Notes under the pieces: model-generated
Seen by the model: the letters and a program-made list of their open reading frames with translations, nothing else
Database searches by the model: none
Told to the model about the DNA's origin: nothing
Part shown: positions 47,803-58,251 of the stretch, one piece after another
Layout: each line of letters opens with the position of its first letter
How positions within the stretch are numbered: the first letter of the stretch is position 1
NCBI GenBank assembly: GCA_947084835.1
Contig: CAMTUB010000014.1
Span: 72,924 to 136,923 of the forward strand
DNA length: 64,000 nucleotides
Source: an uncultured Bacteroidota bacterium
GTDB taxonomy: Bacteria > Bacteroidota > Bacteroidia > UBA7662 > CAMTUB01
Reading direction: 5' to 3'
Program-made: the position numbers and the translations under genes

Positions 47803-48737
47803 TATGTAATAATTTTTACTTTTGAAACGCCACTTTCAATTGATACAAATATTTTCTTTTTTGCGGTTTTAAAATCTTCAGTTTCCCAAGTATCCTCTTT
47901 TGATTTTTTGAAATCTTCAAATTCTTTTGATGTTAACCCAGAGTCAGTTTTAACTTGACAACCTACAGTTTTAGGGATGCGCAAAATAAAATTTGCAGCA
48001 CCCATTTCTACTTTAATGTTTGAATTTTCTTGTTTGTCGCCAAGTTTTACACTCATTTTAGCAGCTCCAAAATTAGCCGAAAGTGAATTTATTTTATATT
48101 CTGATAAGTCTAAATCAACATTTGCAGCGCCAAAATCAGCAGTTAAATCCCAAAGCGGATTTGTATTTAACTTAATGTTTAATTTATTGTTGACTCCCGA
48201 TTTGAAATGCCTTTTAGAACGAGTAACGCTGTTTAAATTAACCGTAGCAGTGTTATTTAATTTATCGGTTGTAAATTCATAATTGTTAAAATTAGTTGAG
48301 ACTTTGGCCTCAATTAACTGATCTGAATTGCCGTTTATTTTTAAATTGCCTGCCCCAAAATCAAGGTTTAGTTTGGCAATAGCTATTGTACTATCGTATG
48401 CCTCGTTAAACGAATATGATTTTTCTGCCTTTGTTTCATTTTCATAATCATCCTCATTTGTGTCTACATCCCATTCAATGTTATTTTTTGAAACAGAAGG
48501 TTTGTAAACAGCATAGAATATAAATGTTAAGAATAAAATCACTGAAATAATCAGAATTGGAATTTTTGCTTGTGGGCTTTTCCCAAACAATATATCAACT
48601 CCGGTATAAATGAGGATAATAGGCCAAAGCCTCCAAACATTCGAAAGCTGAAAATTAATATATCCTAAATTTTCGAGTAAAAATAGGGCTCCTAATGTTA
48701 CTAAGACAAATCCCCAAAAAAGTTTAGAGGTTTTCAT
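47799..48737 (-). CDS. LiaF-like membrane protein with a C-terminal 'toastrack' beta-repeat domain
   Basis: N-terminal LiaI-LiaF-like TM region ([18 protein letters not shown]...[10 protein letters not shown]). C-terminal repeats DFGAGNLKI / DFGAANVDL / NFGAAKMSV / EMGAANFIL. Confidence 0.65.
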   Translation of the reverse strand: MKTSKLFWGFVLVTLGALFLLENLGYINFQLSNVWRLWPIILIYTGVDILFGKSPQAKIPILIISVILFLTFIFYAVYKPSVSKNNIEWDVDTNEDDYENETKAEKSYSFNEAYDSTIAIAKLNLDFGAGNLKINGNSDQLIEAKVSTNFNNYEFTTDKLNNTATVNLNSVTRSKRHFKSGVNNKLNIKLNTNPLWDLTADFGAANVDLDLSEYKINSLSANFGAAKMSVKLGDKQENSNIKVEMGAANFILRIPKTVGCQVKTDSGLTSKEFEDFKKSKEDTWETEDFKTAKKKIFVSIESGVSKVKIITY

Positions 48738-49174
48738 TGTTTCTTTTTGGATTGCTCAACCAAAATACCAACTCCAATAGCGATTAATATAATTGGCCAA
48801 TATTTGCCAAAATCGATATCAAAAAGCGAGTCTAATAAAAACAGAACACCTAAAACAATTAATACAACACCGCCAATAACGCTGTTTTTACCTTGTCTTT
48901 TCGGTCTGTTAAAATTGTTTTCAAAGTTTGGTTCAAAATCCGGAGGAGTTTGAGAACCTGTTTCGTTGTTCATATTTGTGTATTTTTTAGTTATTCCTAC
49001 AGGCAATACAATCCATAAAATAATGTACAAAATAAAACCCATTCCAAATCCAAATGCAGGAACAGCAAAAAGAACTCGTATCAATGTTGGATCTAAGTCA
49101 AAATAACTAGCTATACCAGAGCAAACTCCACCAATTACTTGGTCGTTTTGTGATCTGTAGATTCTCTTTTCCAT
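48734..49174 (-). CDS. PspC domain-containing membrane protein
   Basis: [34 protein letters not shown] is the PspC motif. The C-terminus carries a LiaI-LiaF-like TM pair. Confidence 0.8.
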   Translation of the reverse strand: MEKRIYRSQNDQVIGGVCSGIASYFDLDPTLIRVLFAVPAFGFGMGFILYIILWIVLPVGITKKYTNMNNETGSQTPPDFEPNFENNFNRPKRQGKNSVIGGVVLIVLGVLFLLDSLFDIDFGKYWPIILIAIGVGILVEQSKKKQ

Positions 49175-49264
49175 AAGTTGAATTGTTATTGCAATGTATA
49201 AATTTTATCATCATAAAATATGCAGATATGGGATAAAGGGCATTTGAATAATTGCAGCGGTTAT

Positions 49265-49297
49265 TAAAAAAGATGAAGGCCTGTAAAACAAGCCCTC
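49265..49297 (-). terminator. Intrinsic terminator after pruA
   Basis: Minus strand: GAGGGCUUG-UUUUA-CAGGCCUUC (9 bp including two G-U pairs) followed by AUCUUUUUU. Confidence 0.5.
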
Positions 49298-49301
49298 AAA
49301 G

Positions 49302-50933
49302 TTATTTTTCTGATGTAAACGGATATTTATAATCGGTAGGTGGGTTCAAGTTTTCTTTAATTGATCGTGCAGAAGTCCAACGAATTAAATTTAAAATTGA
49401 GCCAGCCTTGTCGTTTGTGCCAGAAGCTCTAGCGCCACCAAATGGTTGTTGACCAACAACTGCACCTGTAGGTTTGTCGTTTATGTAAAAGTTTCCTGCA
49501 GCGTGTCGTAGTTTTTGCGAGGCTAATTCAATGGCATATCTATCTTGAGAAATTACAGCACCGGTAAGCGCAAAAGGCGAAGTATTGTTAACTAAATCTA
49601 AGGTTTTTTCGAAATCAGCATCTTCGTATACATATACAGTTAACACTGGTCCAAATAATTCTTCGCAAAGCGTTTCGTAACTTGGATTTGATGTTAGAAT
49701 TACTGTAGGAGCAATAAAATAACCCTTTGATTTATCGTAAGTGCCACCAAAAACGATTTCACAATCTGTAGCAGCTTTAGCACGATCAATATAAGAAGCT
49801 AATTTGTCGAAAGACTTTTCATCAATAACAGCGTTTATGAAATTGGTAAAGTCTTCTACATCACCCATTTTCATATCAGCCAATTGAGCAACTAATATTG
49901 CTTTGGTATCTGCCCATAATGATTTTGGAACATAAACCCTTGAAGCTGCAGAACATTTTTGTCCTTGATATTCAAAAGCACCACGCGAAATAGCGGTTGC
50001 CAACACAGCAGGAATTGCTGAAAAATGTGCAATAATAAAATCTTTTCCACCAGTTTCTCCAACGATTCTTGGATATGATTTGTATTGATGAATATTTTCT
50101 CCAATAGCTTTCCAAATATCTTGGAAAACGCCTGTAGAGCCTGTAAAGTGAATTCCTGCAAATTCTGGGTGTGCAAAAATTACCTTTCCAGCGTCTGGTC
50201 CACTTACATAAACTAAATTGATAACTCCATCAGGCAAACCTGCATCTTGGAACAATCGCATTAACCAATAAGCCGAGTAAATTTGCGTGTTTGACGGCTT
50301 CCATACAACAGTATTTCCCATCATGGCAGGAGCCGTTGGTAAATTTGCAGCTATTGATGTGAAATTGAATGGTGTTAACGCAAATACAAAACCTTCTAAA
50401 GCTCTGTATTCCGATTTATTCCACTGGCCGAGTAAAGAATCAGGTTGGATAGCATATAAATCGCGCATAAACTGCACATTGAATTTGAAAAAATCAATCA
50501 ATTCACATGCTGCATCAATTTCGGCTTGATAACAATTTTTGCTTTGGCCAAGCATAGTTGAAGCATTTATGATTTGACGATATGGACCTGCTAATAAATC
50601 AGCCATGCGTAAAATGATAGCAGCTCTTTCTTGCCAAGGTAAATTCTCCCACTTTTCTTTTGCAGCTAATGATGCATCAATAGCCATTTGCACATGTTCT
50701 TGAGTTCCTTGGTGATAATATCCCAAGGTATGAGCATGGTCGTGTGGTGGAGCAATACGTTTTTTATTTCCAGTACGAATTTCTTTTCCGCCAATAAACA
50801 TCGGAATATCTAATTCAATACTTTTAAATTCTTCTAGTTTAGCTTTTAAAGCTAGTTTCTCTGCACTTCCCGGAGCATAATTTAACACCGGTTCGTTTTT
50901 TGGAATGGGAGGGTTGAAAATACCGTTACTCAT
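49302..50933 (-). CDS. pruA: L-glutamate gamma-semialdehyde (1-pyrroline-5-carboxylate) dehydrogenase
   Basis: 543 aa. Aldehyde dehydrogenase family (VGETGGKDF, EYQGQKCSA) with the typical P5CDH N-terminus and length. Confidence 0.9.
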   Translation of the reverse strand: MSNGIFNPPIPKNEPVLNYAPGSAEKLALKAKLEEFKSIELDIPMFIGGKEIRTGNKKRIAPPHDHAHTLGYYHQGTQEHVQMAIDASLAAKEKWENLPWQERAAIILRMADLLAGPYRQIINASTMLGQSKNCYQAEIDAACELIDFFKFNVQFMRDLYAIQPDSLLGQWNKSEYRALEGFVFALTPFNFTSIAANLPTAPAMMGNTVVWKPSNTQIYSAYWLMRLFQDAGLPDGVINLVYVSGPDAGKVIFAHPEFAGIHFTGSTGVFQDIWKAIGENIHQYKSYPRIVGETGGKDFIIAHFSAIPAVLATAISRGAFEYQGQKCSAASRVYVPKSLWADTKAILVAQLADMKMGDVEDFTNFINAVIDEKSFDKLASYIDRAKAATDCEIVFGGTYDKSKGYFIAPTVILTSNPSYETLCEELFGPVLTVYVYEDADFEKTLDLVNNTSPFALTGAVISQDRYAIELASQKLRHAAGNFYINDKPTGAVVGQQPFGGARASGTNDKAGSILNLIRWTSARSIKENLNPPTDYKYPFTSEK

Positions 50934-51025
50934 TTTTCGAATATATTACTCAAATTTACTGTTTTGCGATTTAATCTTTCTTAATTAAGCCAAAATATTG
51001 CATTCTTATTTTAAGTTTGTAGTGT

Positions 51026-51925
51026 ATGCAGCCTAAATTTTTAAGTAGCGGTTCAACCATTGGCATAGCTGCCACCGCACGATTTATTTTACCAGAGAAA
51101 CTGACTTCAGCAATTTGCTGGTTAGAAGGGCAGGGATATAAAGCAAAGTTGGCTTCCAATATGGAAGAAACTTTTAATCAATTAGCTGGTAATGACGAAG
51201 ATAGAGCAAGTGCTTTTCAAGAGTTGTTAGATGATGATTCTGTGGATGCAATTTGGGTTGCTAGGGGAGGATATGGCTCTATTCGGTTATTGCCTTATTT
51301 AGATTGGCGTAAATTTTTATCGCACCCAAAATGGATTATTGGGTTTAGTGATATTACCGTATTTCATATGTTTTTAGCTAAAAATGGAATTCAATCTATA
51401 CATGCTGAAATGCCTATAAATTTTGAAAGGCTGCTTGAATTTCCAGCTGCCCCAATGAGTATTAAAAATGCTTTGGAAGGCAAACTTGAGGATTATGTGT
51501 GGAATTCAAGTCCGAAAAATATTTCTGGATGTGTAAAAGGAATGTTAATGGGAGGAAACCTTTCTGTTATTTACTCCATGTTAAGTGGTATGATTCCATC
51601 GCATTATGAGGATATCATTTTATTTATTGAAGAAATTGATGAATACATTTACCACATCGATCGCATGATGCAGGGGTTAAAGCTGTCGCCAATTTATGGA
51701 AAGATAAAAGGCATTGTGGTAGGAAGTTTTACAGATATCAGAGATCATGAAATTCCATGGGGCACAACCTATAAAGAAACAATTGTAGATGCGTTTAAAG
51801 AGCAGCATATTCCAATTGCGTTTGATTTTCCTGCAGGGCACACACCCAATAATCATGCTTTTTATTTAAACAGAGAAATTTCTTTGGATATATCAGAAAC
51901 AGCTTCGAATTTAAGTTGGTTGTAA
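51026..51925 (+). CDS. LD-carboxypeptidase (S66 family)
   Basis: 299 aa. ARGGYGSIRLLPYLD, GFSDITVFH, and a C-terminal FPAGH. Confidence 0.8.
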   Translation: MQPKFLSSGSTIGIAATARFILPEKLTSAICWLEGQGYKAKLASNMEETFNQLAGNDEDRASAFQELLDDDSVDAIWVARGGYGSIRLLPYLDWRKFLSHPKWIIGFSDITVFHMFLAKNGIQSIHAEMPINFERLLEFPAAPMSIKNALEGKLEDYVWNSSPKNISGCVKGMLMGGNLSVIYSMLSGMIPSHYEDIILFIEEIDEYIYHIDRMMQGLKLSPIYGKIKGIVVGSFTDIRDHEIPWGTTYKETIVDAFKEQHIPIAFDFPAGHTPNNHAFYLNREISLDISETASNLSWL

Positions 51926-53260
51926 GTAAATTTCTTTTTTGCGTTTCAATAACATAAAAAATCTGCGACTTAACAACATGGCTGCAGCCGAAAGTCCTGC
52001 AACAAACCCAATCCAGATGCCAACTTCATTCATTTCGAAAACAATACCAAAAAGCAAACCCATTGGAATTCCAATAACCCAATACGCAATTAATATTAAA
52101 AAAGTAGGCTGTTTAACATCTTCAATTCCACGTAAAAGACCAACGCAAACCGCTTGAATTCCATCCGAAATTTGAAATATTGCTGCAATAATTAATAGGA
52201 ATGCAGCTTTTTGAACCACTTCTGTATCTGATATATACATTATTGCGAGGTCGAATCGGAAAAATATAAAAATCAAACCGCTTAAAGCCATTATTATTGT
52301 AGCAAGCGTAATAGATGAAATGCCAATATGTTTCGCCTTATCAAAATCTCGAATACCGTTTGCATGACCGATTCTTATAGCACTGGCTGAGGAAATGCCA
52401 ATTGCTAACATGAAAGATATTGATGCCAAATTCAATGCAATTTGATGCGCTGCCAAGGATTCTTTGCCCATTGTACCAATTATAATTGCAGATGCAGCAA
52501 ATGCGCCCGCTTCAAAAACATATTGAATTCCTCCAGGTACACCTAATTTCATAAATCGTTTTGCAATTTTCGAATCGTAAACCAGAGTAGTAATTGTTTT
52601 AAAATTTATTCCTTTAAAATAGGGGTTAACGATAACATAAACAGCCATCGACAAAAATAAAATAACCCGCGACAATAAGGTTCCAATTCCGGCTCCCGTT
52701 AGGCCGTAGGCATCAAAGCCTAAATGTCCAAAAATAAAAATCCAATTAAAAAAAGCATTTAAAGGAATGGAGGATAAAGCAAAATATAACGGAGCTTTCA
52801 TATGTTCATGCCCTTCGCAATATTGCTTAAAAGGCATGTAAAGCATCATAGGAATAAACGACAATCCAATTAAACTAAAATATGGTTTTGCTTCTAAAAC
52901 AACAGCAGCATCTTGCTTTAAATAAGTCATGTAGTCTGCTGATAAATAAGAGAATATAAATCCTAATATGCCAGTAAAAAAACAAAGAATTAAAGATGTT
53001 TGCAATAGTCTAATGCCTGAAGATTGGTCATTTGTACCCCGGTAAATAGCTATGAGTGGACCAATTGCATAAGAAAGGCCAATGCCAAAAACCATTGGAA
53101 TAATAAACATATTGTTTGCTAACGAAGACGCAGCAAGAGAAGTAGTTCCTAAACTACCAACCATAATACTATCTACAACGCCAATTGCAATGTAGCTCAA
53201 CTGGCCAAGCATTACTGGCCATGCTAATTTTAAAGTAGATTTTAGCTCGCTGAGAAACAT
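51911..53260 (-). CDS. MATE family efflux transporter
   Basis: 449 aa with 12 TM-like segments and the N-terminal LKLAWPVMLGQL pattern. Confidence 0.85.
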   Translation of the reverse strand: MFLSELKSTLKLAWPVMLGQLSYIAIGVVDSIMVGSLGTTSLAASSLANNMFIIPMVFGIGLSYAIGPLIAIYRGTNDQSSGIRLLQTSLILCFFTGILGFIFSYLSADYMTYLKQDAAVVLEAKPYFSLIGLSFIPMMLYMPFKQYCEGHEHMKAPLYFALSSIPLNAFFNWIFIFGHLGFDAYGLTGAGIGTLLSRVILFLSMAVYVIVNPYFKGINFKTITTLVYDSKIAKRFMKLGVPGGIQYVFEAGAFAASAIIIGTMGKESLAAHQIALNLASISFMLAIGISSASAIRIGHANGIRDFDKAKHIGISSITLATIIMALSGLIFIFFRFDLAIMYISDTEVVQKAAFLLIIAAIFQISDGIQAVCVGLLRGIEDVKQPTFLILIAYWVIGIPMGLLFGIVFEMNEVGIWIGFVAGLSAAAMLLSRRFFMLLKRKKEIYLQPT

Positions 53261-53712
53261 CAGTTTTTATTTTTAGTATCGATAGTTATAGTTACAGGAC
53301 CATCATTTATTAAACTCACTTTCATATCTGCACCAAATTCTCCCGTTTCTATTTTTTTACCAAGTAAATCTGAAAGCAATACATTAAACTGATTATACAA
53401 TGGAATTGCAATATCTGGCTTTGCAGCTTCGATAAAACTTGGCCGATTCCCTTTTTTAGTATTTGCAAACAAGGTAAACTGGCTTATGGATAATATTTCA
53501 CCTTCAATGTCTTTTATGGATAAATTCATTAATCCATTTTCATCTGAAAAAATACGGAGGTTTACGATTTTAGATGCTAACCAATCCATATCTTCTTTTG
53601 TATCCAATTCAGAAACACCTAATAACAACAATAAACCTTGATTTATTTGACCAATAATCAATTCGTTTACAGAAACAGAGGCAGAAATTACCCGTTGTAC
53701 TACAGCTTTCAT
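53260..53712 (-). CDS. dtd: D-aminoacyl-tRNA deacylase
   Basis: MKAVVQRV...GLLLLLGV...SQFTL...KGNRPSF. The track start at 53724 adds 4 aa; ATG 53712 is preferred. Confidence 0.9.
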   Translation of the reverse strand: MKAVVQRVISASVSVNELIIGQINQGLLLLLGVSELDTKEDMDWLASKIVNLRIFSDENGLMNLSIKDIEGEILSISQFTLFANTKKGNRPSFIEAAKPDIAIPLYNQFNVLLSDLLGKKIETGEFGADMKVSLINDGPVTITIDTKNKN

Positions 53713-53770
53713 AAATATGCACAAATGTAACGGTTTGATTAACCTATATTCGCAATTGAACTGAATCTAA

Positions 53771-54511
53771 TTGGTGAAAAAAATAAAAACCATTTACTTT
53801 TTAACCTTATTTGCTTCGAGCTTTTTAGTTCTGTACCCTATTTTTTTGCCTCTTTTATATATTTCAAGTTTGCATTACAAAGCGCATCAATTGAGAAGAT
53901 TTTGGGCTAAATTTCTTTTTGTTGGAACAAAAATTAAGGTTGAAGTTATTTGTGAAGAGGATCTTGATCCCAATCATGTTTATGTTTTTTGCCCAAACCA
54001 CACATCCTATTTAGATATTCCAGTTATTGCCTATAGTTTAAAGCACTTTTTTAGGTTTATGGCTAAAGCTGAGTTGAAAAAAATCCCTTTGTTCCGTACT
54101 TTTTTCAAAACTATCGATATTCCTGTGGATAGGCATAATAAAAAAGAAGCTTTTAAAGCCTATCAAAGCGGAAAATCAAGCTTGCTGTCAGGAACTTCAC
54201 TTGTGATTTTTCCAGAAGGAGGGATTCCCCGAAATATTCCAAATTTAGGAAATTTCAAAAAAGGATCATTTAAATTGGCTGCCGAATTAGGTATTCCAGT
54301 AGTGCCAATAACAATTATCGATAATTGGCAGATTTTACCAAGCCAGTTTAGCGGGTTACCTCATTTTAACCCAGGAAGATGCAGGGTTATCATTCATAAA
54401 CGCATTTTTCCAGATTTAAATAAATCAATTGAAGAGAATTCCGTTATTTTGAGCCGTGAAACCAAGTTGGTTATCGAAAATACATTAAAAGCACATGAAA
54501 TTATCTCTTGA
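53771..54511 (+). CDS. plsC: 1-acyl-sn-glycerol-3-phosphate acyltransferase
   Basis: CPNHTSYLDIP (HX4D) and VIFPEGG motifs. There is no ATG near the 5' end, so a TTG or GTG start is required. Confidence 0.8.
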   Translation: MVKKIKTIYFLTLFASSFLVLYPIFLPLLYISSLHYKAHQLRRFWAKFLFVGTKIKVEVICEEDLDPNHVYVFCPNHTSYLDIPVIAYSLKHFFRFMAKAELKKIPLFRTFFKTIDIPVDRHNKKEAFKAYQSGKSSLLSGTSLVIFPEGGIPRNIPNLGNFKKGSFKLAAELGIPVVPITIIDNWQILPSQFSGLPHFNPGRCRVIIHKRIFPDLNKSIEENSVILSRETKLVIENTLKAHEIIS

Positions 54512-54788
54512 TTCTGTTGATAAATTAGCACATTTAGCACGCCTTGAGTTTGATTATACTACCCGTCAACAAATGCTTGACGATATGAATCAAATGCTAG
54601 CATTTGTTGAGCAACTTAATGAAATGGATACGGAAGGAGTAGAGCCACTCATTTACATGACCGATGATGTAAATATTTATCGCGATGATAAGGTTGAAAA
54701 TCAAATTTCAAAAGAAGATGCGTTGCGCAATGTTCCTAAAAAGGACAGCGATTATGTGCGCGTAACAAAGGTTCTTAAATCTAAATAA
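54495..54788 (+). CDS. gatC: Asp-tRNA(Asn)/Glu-tRNA(Gln) amidotransferase subunit C
   Basis: 97 aa. VDKLAHLARLEF...MLAFVEQLNEMDTEGVEP. Confidence 0.85.
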   Translation: MKLSLDSVDKLAHLARLEFDYTTRQQMLDDMNQMLAFVEQLNEMDTEGVEPLIYMTDDVNIYRDDKVENQISKEDALRNVPKKDSDYVRVTKVLKSK

Positions 54789-54842
54789 TCCGTTTATGTA
54801 ATTCAAAAATAAAAGATTTTTATTTTGAATTACTTTCGTGAA

Positions 54843-55565
54843 ATGGGCGAAGAAATTATCAAACTTGATTCTATTGGCAAGCGCTATGTTATGGGCGCTG
54901 AAATTATCGATGCATTAAAATCGATTTCTTTATCCATAAACAAAAATGAGTATGTAGCCTTAATGGGGCCTTCGGGCTCAGGTAAATCTACGCTAATGAA
55001 TATCATTGGGTGTTTAGATACAGCAACTAAAGGCCAATATATTCTAAATCAAACCGATGTAAGCAATATGGTTGATAATAGTTTGGCGGTTGTTAGAAAC
55101 AAAGAAATTGGATTTGTATTTCAAACATTCAATTTATTGCCCCGCTCTTCAGCTTTAGATAATGTTGCATTGCCGTTAGTGTATGCTGGATTTAATAAAA
55201 AAGACCGAACCGAAAAGGCAAAAGAAATGCTAGCATTAGTTGGCTTAGAGAACAGAATGCTGCACAAGCCCAACGAATTATCAGGTGGACAACGCCAAAG
55301 GGTGGCAGTTGCTCGTGCCCTAGTAAATAATCCATCTATCATTTTAGCAGATGAGCCTACAGGTAATTTGGATACTAGAACATCTTACGAAATAATGTCG
55401 TTATTCGAAAAAATACACCAAAATGGCAACACCATTGTATTAGTTACACACGAAGAAGATATTGCACGATATGCTCATCGAATAGTTAGACTACGTGATG
55501 GACTAATAGAATCGGATACTGTAAATACAAACATTGTTAGGATAAACGAAAATGTAGTTGGATAA
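54843..55565 (+). CDS. ABC transporter ATP-binding protein (MacB/LolD class)
   Basis: [35 protein letters not shown]. The ORF opens at TTG 54825, but ATG 54843 is preferred. Confidence 0.9.
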   Translation: MGEEIIKLDSIGKRYVMGAEIIDALKSISLSINKNEYVALMGPSGSGKSTLMNIIGCLDTATKGQYILNQTDVSNMVDNSLAVVRNKEIGFVFQTFNLLPRSSALDNVALPLVYAGFNKKDRTEKAKEMLALVGLENRMLHKPNELSGGQRQRVAVARALVNNPSIILADEPTGNLDTRTSYEIMSLFEKIHQNGNTIVLVTHEEDIARYAHRIVRLRDGLIESDTVNTNIVRINENVVG

Positions 55566-56113
55566 TGGCTTTTAAAATTTACACCAAAACGGGAGACAAG
55601 GGCCAAACCTCATTAATTGGTGGTGATAGAGTGCCCAAACATCATGTGAGAATCGAAGCTTACGGTACGGTTGATGAGTTAAACAGTTGGATTGGTTTAT
55701 TACGCGATGAAACTTCAGTTGATTTTGTGAAAAACAGATTAGGAGAAATTCAAAATGAGCTTTTTGTTTATGGCTCATATTTTGCAACACCTTCTTCAAA
55801 TGTTAAATTTAAATTACCCGAAATTCATCCTGAATTAATTAAATCGTTAGAAGCGGATATTGATTTAATGGATTCTGAACTTATACCATTGAAGCAATTT
55901 ATATTGCCCGGAGGCACGCCAATTGTTTCTCACATACATATTGCTCGCTGCGTATGCAGAAGGGCTGAGCGATTGGTTGTAAGCCTTTCAGAGCTAGATG
56001 AAGTGCCAGCATCCAGTATTGAATTTTTAAATAGGTTATCTGATTACCTATTTACCTTTGCAAGATATTCTTCTCATAAATTAGGTGTAGCAGAAATACC
56101 GTGGAAGCCTTAA
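55565..56113 (+). CDS. ATP:cob(I)alamin adenosyltransferase, PduO-type
   Basis: IYTKTGDKGQTSL...YGTVDELNSWIG...FILPGG. Confidence 0.85.
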   Translation: MAFKIYTKTGDKGQTSLIGGDRVPKHHVRIEAYGTVDELNSWIGLLRDETSVDFVKNRLGEIQNELFVYGSYFATPSSNVKFKLPEIHPELIKSLEADIDLMDSELIPLKQFILPGGTPIVSHIHIARCVCRRAERLVVSLSELDEVPASSIEFLNRLSDYLFTFARYSSHKLGVAEIPWKP

Positions 56114-56158
56114 ATTTAAAAAATAAAAAAATAATGTTCTTTTGTTTGTAGGAAAATA

Positions 56159-56166
56159 TATATTTG
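56159..56166 (+). promoter_or_regulatory. Candidate -7 box (TAnnTTTG) upstream of the DUF2795 gene
   Basis: TATATTTG lies 22 nt upstream of ATG 56189. Confidence 0.35.
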
Positions 56167-56188
56167 CGAAAAATTAAAAATTACCAAT

Positions 56189-56410
56189 ATGTATTGGACG
56201 CTTGAATTAGCTTCACATTTAGAAGATGCCCCTTGGCCAGCAACAAAAGATGAATTAATCGATTTCGCAATCCGTTCTGGCGCACCGTTAGAAGTTATAG
56301 AAAACTTACAAGAGCTTGAAGACGATGGAGATCCATATGAAACCATTGAAGAAATTTGGCCGGATTATCCTACTAAAGACGATTTCTTTTTTAACGAAGA
56401 CGAATACTAA
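56189..56410 (+). CDS. DUF2795 domain-containing small acidic protein
   Basis: 73 aa. LEDAPWPATKDELIDFAIRSGAPLEVIENLQELE. Confidence 0.7.
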   Translation: MYWTLELASHLEDAPWPATKDELIDFAIRSGAPLEVIENLQELEDDGDPYETIEEIWPDYPTKDDFFFNEDEY

Positions 56411-57078
56411 ATTTTAGTATTTTGTATTAAATATTGAGCAATTGCTAAATCGTAAGGGGTCGTAATCTTGATATTATTGGGCAAGCCATCAATGATATGA
56501 ATTTGGTGGTTTAGAAGCTCAAATACACTTGCATCATCACTTATATCTTCGTTATCTAAAATAGAATACGCTTTTGTAATCTTTTCAGCATCAAACACTT
56601 GTGGTGTTTGAACCAGAACAAATTCTTCTCTCCGTACAGCTTTAGATTCATTTATTTCAATCTTACGTAATGAGTCTTTTAGAGGTAAGCATGGAATTGC
56701 ACTGCCGTTAATTTCAGCTGCTGAAAATAATTTGGCTATAAATTCGGAAGTAATAAATGGCCTAACTGCATCATGAATCGCAATTAATTTCCCCTTTGCT
56801 AATGCCAGTCCATTTCTTACCGATTGTGTGCGCGTAGTGCCACCAATAGCCACCTCAAATGGAATTGAAAATTCAAATTGAACAACTAGTTCTTGCCAAA
56901 AGTTGATCCAATTTTGAGGTAAAACTAAAATAATTTGGGTAGTTGGATTAAAAGCATAAAATGCTTCTAATGTATGCATGATAATCGGCTTGTTTGAGAG
57001 TTCAAGAAATTGTTTCGGAAGGGCATTCCCCATCCGATTACCTGAACCCCCAGCAACTATTATAGCCGTGTATTGCAC
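56407..57078 (-). CDS. ispD: 2-C-methyl-D-erythritol 4-phosphate cytidylyltransferase
   Basis: AIIVAGGSGNRMG...PKQFL, IHDAVRPF, VQTPQVF. Confidence 0.85.
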   Translation of the reverse strand: MQYTAIIVAGGSGNRMGNALPKQFLELSNKPIIMHTLEAFYAFNPTTQIILVLPQNWINFWQELVVQFEFSIPFEVAIGGTTRTQSVRNGLALAKGKLIAIHDAVRPFITSEFIAKLFSAAEINGSAIPCLPLKDSLRKIEINESKAVRREEFVLVQTPQVFDAEKITKAYSILDNEDISDDASVFELLNHQIHIIDGLPNNIKITTPYDLAIAQYLIQNTKI

Positions 57079-57084
57079 AAAGTT

Positions 57085-58134
57085 TTATAGTATTAACATA
57101 GCATCGCCATAAGTGAAGAATTTATATTCTTCTTTCATAGCAATTTGGTATGCTTCTTTCATCAAATCATGACCTAGAAATGCACTTGTTGTCATTAATA
57201 GGGTAGATTCTGGAACGTGAAAATTGGTTAACATGCAGTTTGCAATGTTAAAATGATAGGGAGGAAAAATAAATTTATCAGTCCATCCACTTTGTTCTTT
57301 TAGATGCTTATTTGATGAAACAGATGATTCAATTGCACGCATAACCGTTGTTCCTACAGCACAAATTCTTTGTTTGTTATCAATAGCTCTGTTTACAATG
57401 TCACAGGTTTCTTGATTAACTATAAAGTTTTCAGATTCAGACTTGTGTTTAGTTAGATCTTCAACTTCAACAGAACGGAAAGCTCCTAAGCCTGTATGAA
57501 GCGTAATTTCTGCAAATTCACAGCCTTTTAATTCTAAACGCTTTAAGATACTTCTGCTAAAATGCAAGCCAGCAGAAGGAGCAGCAACGGCACCAATATT
57601 TTTAGCAAAAATGGTTTGATATCTTTCTTCATCGGCTTTTTCAACATCTCTGCCCAATTCTTTAGGTATTGGAGTTTCTCCAAGCTCGTATAGAATCTGA
57701 CGCAATTCTTCTTGTGTTCCTTCGAACATAAAACGGATTGTTCTGCCACGAGAAGTTGTATTATCAATAACTTCAGCTACCAATTCATCGTTTTTACCGA
57801 AATACAATTTATTTCCAACTCTAATTTTTCTAGCAGGATCTACTAATACATCCCATAAACGCATTTGTGCATTGAGTTCACGTAAAAGAAATACTTCGAT
57901 TACTGCACCAGTTTTTTCTTTATTTCCATACATACGCGCTGGAAATACCTTGGTGTTATTGAAAATTAATACATCTTTTTCATTGAAATAATTGATAATA
58001 TCTTTGAAAGTATGATGTTCAATTGTTCCTGCTTCGCGGTTTACAACCATTAAACGGGATAAATCACGCTCTTTTGCAGGATGTGAAGCAATTAATTTAG
58101 AAGGTAAATCGAATTTAAATTCCGATAATTTCAT
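57085..58134 (-). CDS. queA: tRNA preQ1(34) S-adenosylmethionine ribosyltransferase-isomerase
   Basis: [11 protein letters not shown]...SRLMV...[12 protein letters not shown]...[14 protein letters not shown] 58134 is preferred over the track start at 58155. Confidence 0.9.
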   Translation of the reverse strand: MKLSEFKFDLPSKLIASHPAKERDLSRLMVVNREAGTIEHHTFKDIINYFNEKDVLIFNNTKVFPARMYGNKEKTGAVIEVFLLRELNAQMRLWDVLVDPARKIRVGNKLYFGKNDELVAEVIDNTTSRGRTIRFMFEGTQEELRQILYELGETPIPKELGRDVEKADEERYQTIFAKNIGAVAAPSAGLHFSRSILKRLELKGCEFAEITLHTGLGAFRSVEVEDLTKHKSESENFIVNQETCDIVNRAIDNKQRICAVGTTVMRAIESSVSSNKHLKEQSGWTDKFIFPPYHFNIANCMLTNFHVPESTLLMTTSAFLGHDLMKEAYQIAMKEEYKFFTYGDAMLIL

Positions 58135-58251
58135 ATTGTGTTTGAAAGCTGGCAAAGATACACATTAAAACGTATTTTTTGTTTTCAAACTTCACTATCC
58201 GTTTATCATAAATAAATCAAAATGTTCCATTGAAATTCTAATTTTGAATCA

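Noticed and set aside
47977-48282. 101-aa ORF antisense inside the LiaF-like gene
   Set aside because: It mirrors the beta-repeat region of the sense gene, so it is a repeat-driven open frame rather than independent coding signal.
49892-50176. 94-aa same-strand, out-of-frame ORF inside pruA
   Set aside because: pruA is continuous and conserved across this stretch, and nothing suggests an overlapping gene or a frameshift.
56116-56346. 76-aa ORF antisense to the DUF2795 gene
   Set aside because: The plus-strand DUF2795 frame has a recognisable family pattern and a promoter box. The minus ORF is Ser-rich, low-complexity sequence.
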